Source: Candidatus Fermentibacterota bacterium (GTDB taxonomy: Bacteria > Fermentibacterota > Fermentibacteria > Fermentibacterales > JCC-6). From it: DNA of 64,000 bases. A model generated the notes under the pieces. That model was not told the DNA's origin and searched no databases. It saw only the letters and a list, made by a program, of their open reading frames with translations. A program made the translations under genes and the position numbers. The DNA lies in NCBI GenBank assembly GCA_003646025.1, contig QNDR01000001.1:3837-67836 (forward strand), in the 5' to 3' direction. This document shows, piece by piece, positions 63,348-64,000 of the stretch (positions are counted from its first letter, which is position 1; each line of letters opens with the position of its first letter).

Positions 63348-63895
63348 TGGGTATCAAATACGACATTCTGGTCAGCGCATCAGAGATAACTGAAAAGGTT
63401 AACAAACTTGGAGCAGAACTTACAGAGCTGTATGCAGGAGAAGAAGTAGTGGTGATCCCGCTGCTCCGCGGAGCGTTTATGTTTGCGGCGGATCTTGTAA
63501 GGGCTATGACCCTGCCTGTCCGTGTGGAGTTTCTCGGTGCCGCCAGTTACGGAGAGGAAACTGTTTCGTCCGGGGAGGTTCGTCTTACCCTTGATACTTC
63601 CTTCCCTCTGCATGGCAGGAATGTTCTTGTTGTGGAAGATATTGTAGACACCGGCCTTACACTGGCATATATTCAGAAATTATTGAAATCAAGAAACCCT
63701 AAATCAATCCGCAGCGTCGTTCTTCTTGATAAGCCGTCCAGAAGAACTGTGAAAGTGGATTTGCATAGAACCCTCTTTACTATCCCCGACAGATTTGTTG
63801 TGGGATACGGGCTTGACGGGCCAGGCGGTTTCTGGAGAAATCTGCCTGATATCGTTGCGTTGAGGGAAGAAACGGAGAACACGCACAGTGAGTGA
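63344..63895 (+). CDS. hpt: hypoxanthine(-guanine) phosphoribosyltransferase
   Basis: PRPP-binding motif VLVVEDIVDTGLTL; tilS-hpt synteny. Confidence 0.85.
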   Translation: MMGIKYDILVSASEITEKVNKLGAELTELYAGEEVVVIPLLRGAFMFAADLVRAMTLPVRVEFLGAASYGEETVSSGEVRLTLDTSFPLHGRNVLVVEDIVDTGLTLAYIQKLLKSRNPKSIRSVVLLDKPSRRTVKVDLHRTLFTIPDRFVVGYGLDGPGGFWRNLPDIVALREETENTHSE

Positions 63896-64000
63896 AAACA
63901 AGACGCCTCGCGACAAGAAGAAGAACCCCATGCCCACTCCTCCCCCTGGTCTGGGAGGATGCAGTTTCCGTACCGTTACAATGTGGGTTATGCTGGGGCT
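63887..64000 (+). CDS. possible 5' end of ftsH that runs off the window edge
   Basis: Only synteny (tilS-hpt-ftsH is a common arrangement) plus an open frame with a basic N-terminus followed by a hydrophobic stretch. No catalytic motif is visible in the window. Confidence 0.2.

Noticed and set aside
1-64000. CRISPR arrays, IS elements, integrases or prophage modules.
   Set aside because: There are no spaced direct-repeat arrays and no transposase or integrase-like ORFs. The two tRNA genes are not flanked by integrase or direct repeats, so I make no genomic-island call.

Overview
This 64 kb window is a densely coded bacterial chromosome segment (about 50% GC) with no transposase, integrase or CRISPR array. 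All calls rest on motif recognition by eye; nothing was searched against a database.

Several features point to an anaerobic FCB-superphylum-like organism: a T9SS C-terminal sorting domain on a C25-like peptidase, an adjacent PorY/PorX-like two-component pair, an FGE-sulfatase lipoprotein, a DUF5916 outer-membrane protein, and two glutamate dehydrogenases.

The centrepiece is a 13-gene operon (16776..27666) led by the redox sensor Rex and encoding an Mrp/Mbx(Mbs)-ordered, complex-I-like membrane oxidoreductase. It has three unusual traits:
- the NuoD/[NiFe]-large-subunit homologue has both CxxC metal-binding motifs changed to CxxE;
- the two antiporter-like subunits H and H' are fused into one 973-aa protein;
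- the NuoI/MbxN ferredoxin subunit is fused to a GltD/SudA-like FAD-NAD(P)H oxidoreductase.
Together these suggest an ion-translocating NAD(P)H-linked reductase that is not a hydrogenase and does not use a NuoEFG input module. I do not recognise this exact combination.

Immediately upstream are two glutamate dehydrogenase paralogs, each paired with a paralogous PPDK_N (PEP-synthase ATP-grasp)-domain protein that lacks the phospho-His and PEP-binding domains; one of these is fused to receiver domains.

Other notable items:
- a 1218-aa kinase-like/TPR/sigma-54 activator with a G9 tract in its RBS;
- a tandem triplication of a secreted HEWGV-motif protein family;
- a SagB-like dehydrogenase beside a duplicated small-membrane-protein cassette;
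- a VapBC pair;
- an unlisted 59-aa Gly/Arg-rich zinc-ribbon ORF;
- a RimI-PNP fusion in the tsaE-tsaB-rimI-folC operon;
- a PLD-like nuclease next to a Tim44-like/zinc-ribbon/TerB membrane protein;
- a YtrA-type GntR-ABC operon with a GTAC-repeat promoter;
- two tRNAs (Val-TAC, Met/Ile-CAT) with textbook promoter and terminator;
- a tilS-hpt-(ftsH?) end.
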